Assembly (NCBI GenBank): GCA_943788985.1
Contig: CALSSJ010000023.1
Coordinates: forward strand, 96,001-160,000
DNA: 64,000 bases
Direction of reading: 5' to 3'
DNA from: an uncultured Lentisphaerales bacterium
GTDB lineage: Bacteria > Verrucomicrobiota > Lentisphaeria > JABSQK01 > UBA12247
Below, piece by piece: positions 61,401 to 64,000 of this stretch. The notes beneath the pieces are model-generated. The model saw only the letters and a program-made list of their open reading frames with translations, made no database searches and had not been told where the DNA came from. Made by a program: the position numbers and the translations under genes. Within the stretch, counting starts at the first letter, position 1; the number at the start of each line of letters is the position of its first letter.

Positions 61401-64000
61401 AAGGGTGCAACACCGGCGAGCAGAGGTGCGTTCGTATTTTCAATTTCTGTCGCGTAGTCGTAGACAGTCACGCCATTGACGGTGAGCGTCAGCGTCTCGG
61501 CATCAGCATCCCAGGCACCGGCCACATGCGACCACGTGCCAGCCACCAAAGGCAGCTGGCTGGTGACGCGGTAGGAGATGAATACCGGCGGATTGCTGTT
61601 GAACCAAACGTATGGCTTGCCAGCGGCCAGGCCCAACTCATACTGAACCGCACCATTAATCGTGCTTTGCAGAATGCTGCCGTCTTCCGTACCCGTGTCG
61701 GGTTGGACCCAGGCTTCGAGCGTCCAGCTTCCGGCCAACCGGTCGAACCGATCCGCCAGGGGCAGGGTAACCTCACCGGAAACGCTGACATCTAGCGCCC
61801 GCCCACGGACGTTGGTACCCGACATGCTGAAGCCGGGGTGGGTAAGATCGTCATCCGTTTCGTTCGCGTCAAATTCTTGGCCGTCCGGAATGCCGTCATC
61901 GTCAGTGTCTGCCAGATCGGTACGCGTCCCAAGGGCGGTTTCCTCGACCTGAGTCAGGCCATCACTATCTTGGTCATTCCGCAGGGCATCCTCGTCGGAA
62001 AGAACCGTGCGCCAGGTACCAGCAACGTGTGGAATTGCTGCGTGCCGCCAGCCTTCGAGGTAGTCAATGGCCTGAGCGCTGTCTTCAGCTGTCTCACCGC
62101 CATCACTCAGTCGGTAGAAACTCGACGAGGCGCCGCCTCCGCCGACCTGGGCCGCGATACGCGCGCTCAGGGTCTCGAAGATTGCGGAGTAGTCGTCGCT
62201 GTTGATGAGTACTTCAAGGCCACCGGTGGCGGCCACCAGTTCGGTCACGTCTGGGTTGGTGGATGGGTTGTGGATTGCGTGCAGAACCACTCTGTCAGCC
62301 TTCATCCGCGCAATCACATCAGCGCGGGATTGAAGCGCGCCGCGGTCGCCGTCTTCCGTGTCCTTAATCGGCGCATCGGTCACCAGAATCAGAACCGGCG
62401 TGGCATTGGAGCGAAAGCCATTGGTGGTAAACTGATCACCATCCAACGCTACCGTGATGCCACCGAGGCCGTCTTCCGCCCAGTCGCCACCGCCCTGCAG
62501 GGGAAGCGGAGTCAACCAGCCGTCAAGAAATTCTTGGGCCGTGCCGTAGAGGCCTGCACCATCGGGGGCCGTGTCCCTGAACCCACCACCGGTCAAGGTG
62601 TCGCTGTAGCGGATGCCACCGATGAGTACGTCCAAATTGCGCGCTTCCAATTCGGTGACAAATGCTGCCACGTTGGTCTTGACCCGGGTGATCGGCCCGC
62701 CCATACTGCCGGAAACATCAATCACAAAGACTAGGTCAACCGCGCTGGAGGAGCGCTGCTGGCCTGAATCATACCACGTGTAAATCGCGGTATCTTCCAT
62801 CGCACCCGCGTTAATACGCAACTCACTCATGCGGCCAGCGAACGCTTCGCCTGCGTGGGTTTCAACCGGACCAGCACCGGAGGTAGCCGGTATATCGGCG
62901 GCAACCCCAAGCTCGATGGAGTCAACCATGCGCCCGTTGCGGTACTGCGTCATTAGGCCGGTCTCGCTGTTGAACTGTAGGGCCACGTGCGTCCACTGAT
63001 TGAGCGGCAGGGCCTGGGTGTCGGTGGTCCCGTATTCGGCGTTGCTTTCTTCGCCATGCACCAGCGCATATGGAATATCGGCAGCGTCCACAGCCAATTG
63101 GAAGCTGTGACGTCCTGCTCCTACGCTGCGGCGTACAATCGTGGCCGGGCCAGATGCGGTCGGATAGACCCAAACACCAACCGCGACAGAGTCCGTCACA
63201 TGGTTTAGGCTGCTGGGAATCTCCAGATAATCACCGGCAGCCAGCTCGAGAACGCCGTTCGCAGGGCGAACCGGGCTGTCCGAACTGAGCGGATTGGAGT
63301 GGCCAATGACTTCGTTGGAATCGGTCACTTCGTCATCATCCGCATCGCTGGTCCATGGCAAGGTTGCAAAGCGCTGCTTGTCGAAGTTTGTCATGCCGTC
63401 GGCAGCTGCAGCCAACTCGTCTCCGTCAGCCGTACCATCGCCATTTGTGTCGGCTTCCAACGGATTGGTGCCTGCGTAGAATTCCCACAGGTTTGTGAGC
63501 GTGTCGCCGTCGGGATCTTCCTGCCCATCGGAGATCTGGTTGTCATCCGTATCGGCGACAGTTGGATCAAGTCCGAGCAGATGCTCAAAGTAGTCTGGGA
63601 GCAGATCTTGATCGCTGTCATCCACAGAGCCGGCGGCCGGCACAAATGGTGCGAACTCAGTAGAGGTCATGGCACCGGCCGTGACCGGGAGAGCCAGATC
63701 GTCGTTCGCCACGTTGGCGAAGTCGCTGGCAGCAGTGCCGCCATCATCGAAGCGGTAGTTAAGCAGCAATCCGCTGGTACCAGCCGCCTGCAGTAGGCCA
63801 GCCGCGTCAGCCAGCTCAGCACGGAGGCGTGCCACATTCCAAACCCGAATCTCGTCGACAAAACCAGAGGTCAGCTGATGACCAATGCGGAGAGTCCCTA
63901 GGCCACTGACTGGTGATACTGTGGCAAAGCCAAAGTCATCACCAATGCGGCTCACAACCTGCGCGTCGACATACAGGTGAAGCTCCTGTGCGGGGCCATT
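28046..64000 (-). CDS. Giant multidomain surface/secreted protein (at least ~11,980 aa, 5' end outside the window): LamG + TSP3-like repeats, vWA, two S8 proteases, YfaP-like, Ig-like, PPC-like and GWNL C-terminal domains; interrupted by two indels
   Basis: Three overlapping ORFs (48893-63955, 44902-48915, 28046-44926) share one repeat grammar. Both junctions fall in the middle of a LamG domain and are repaired by a small indel. The frame is open to 64000 (NGPAQELHLYVDAQVVSRI). Confidence 0.88.
29040..31200 (-). other. Four Ig-like repeats plus a PPC-like (EPND) domain and Gly/Ser/Asn/Glu low-complexity linkers
   Basis: Recurrent 'D(P/A)(D/N)GD..SY.(Y/F).W' strands in three of the repeats, with 'FYRWYVDG' in the fourth. 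Also 'YEPNDTPQEA...DEDWMKF...DTRMWLY...NDD...PGTYYIRV' and poly-Gly tracts. Confidence 0.65.
32790..33787 (-). repeat. Longest block of TSP3-like acidic Ca-binding repeats (DxDxDG(L/M)xDxxE....(T/L)DP)
   Basis: More than ten consecutive motifs such as DSDNDGMPDFWE, DPDNDGLLNLQE, DTDADGMDDGFE, DTDGDSLKDGWE and DTDDDGIADIVE. Similar blocks separate all the LamG domains. Confidence 0.85.
42205..43380 (-). other. S8 subtilisin domain 2 with N-terminal pro-domain
   Basis: Catalytic triad VIDTG (D ~43017), HGTHVSG (H ~42852) and GTSMASPHVAG (S ~42372); oxyanion AAAGN; pro-domain ending 'IEYAEPNYIV'. Confidence 0.95.
47641..48330 (-). other. Ig-like domain plus YfaP/DUF2135-like domain
   Basis: 'PQVEITAP..GA.I....VTVTG....NEITVEAED.AG' followed by 'DIRVTQTWD..GDLDTWLVDP...LDIDDISGTGPENI.......GVYQVWSNNY'. 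Confidence 0.75.
57760..58940 (-). other. S8 subtilisin domain 1 with N-terminal pro-domain
   Basis: Catalytic triad VIDTG (D ~58569), HGTHCAG (H ~58404) and GTSMASPHVAG (S ~57924); AAAGN; pro-domain ending 'VRYAEPNYVI'. Confidence 0.95.
62160..62740 (-). other. von Willebrand factor A domain
   Basis: 'VDLVFVIDVSGSM' (MIDAS DxSxS), 'GGGDWAEDGL', 'FRSNA..VLILVTDA' and 'ELVAATGG'. Confidence 0.9.

Noticed and set aside
27704..63796. Many plus-strand ORFs up to ~450 aa (e.g. 27704-28840, 36086-37222, 38519-39784, 42641-43984)
   Set aside because: They are antisense shadows of the GC-rich, codon-biased giant CDS; the translations are rich in V/I/R with no recognisable motifs.
28046..63955. Three separate giant genes, as listed in the ORF track
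   Set aside because: Both breaks fall mid-domain, the downstream ORFs have no signal peptide or convincing start, and small indels restore the conserved repeat motif.
1..64000. CRISPR array, tRNA or rRNA
   Set aside because: No regularly spaced identical DNA repeats or RNA-gene signatures were seen; the repeats in the giant gene are degenerate and conserved only at the protein level.
28046..64000. RTX/T1SS adhesin, Rhs toxin or NRPS/PKS as the identity of the giant ORF
   Set aside because: No GGxGxD nonapeptide arrays, YD repeats, or KS/A/C/PCP motifs.

Overview
64-kb bacterial window, probably from the PVC superphylum (Lentisphaerae/Kiritimatiellae-like). That assignment is inferred from the Chlamydia/Bacteroides-style V/A-ATPase, the style of Y1 transposase and a C-terminal GWNL domain. 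The left 28 kb is mostly housekeeping: a permease C-terminus, a DUF2330-like gene, pyrB, a Y1/RAYT-type transposase, epmA-efp, a metK-adenosine kinase-ahcY SAM-cycle operon with a palindromic operator, a V/A-type ATPase operon (E-C-A-B-D-I-K, probably Na+-coupled), murE, a Zn peptidase, fumC, a UvrD/PcrA helicase, aat, a putative membrane pseudokinase, a glucuronokinase-like GHMP kinase and pyk. murE, the Zn peptidase and fumC carry small indels that look like sequencing errors. The right 36 kb (28046 to beyond 64000, minus strand) reads as ONE giant gene split by two small indels. It encodes at least ~11,980 aa and is still open at the window edge. It is built from ~23 LamG/concanavalin-like domains alternating with acidic TSP3-like Ca-binding repeats. 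Two complete subtilisin (S8) proteases, a vWA domain, an Ig+YfaP-like module and phage-tail-like segments are inserted inside this scaffold. It ends in Ig-like, PPC-like and GWNL domains. No rRNA, tRNA or CRISPR array was recognised.
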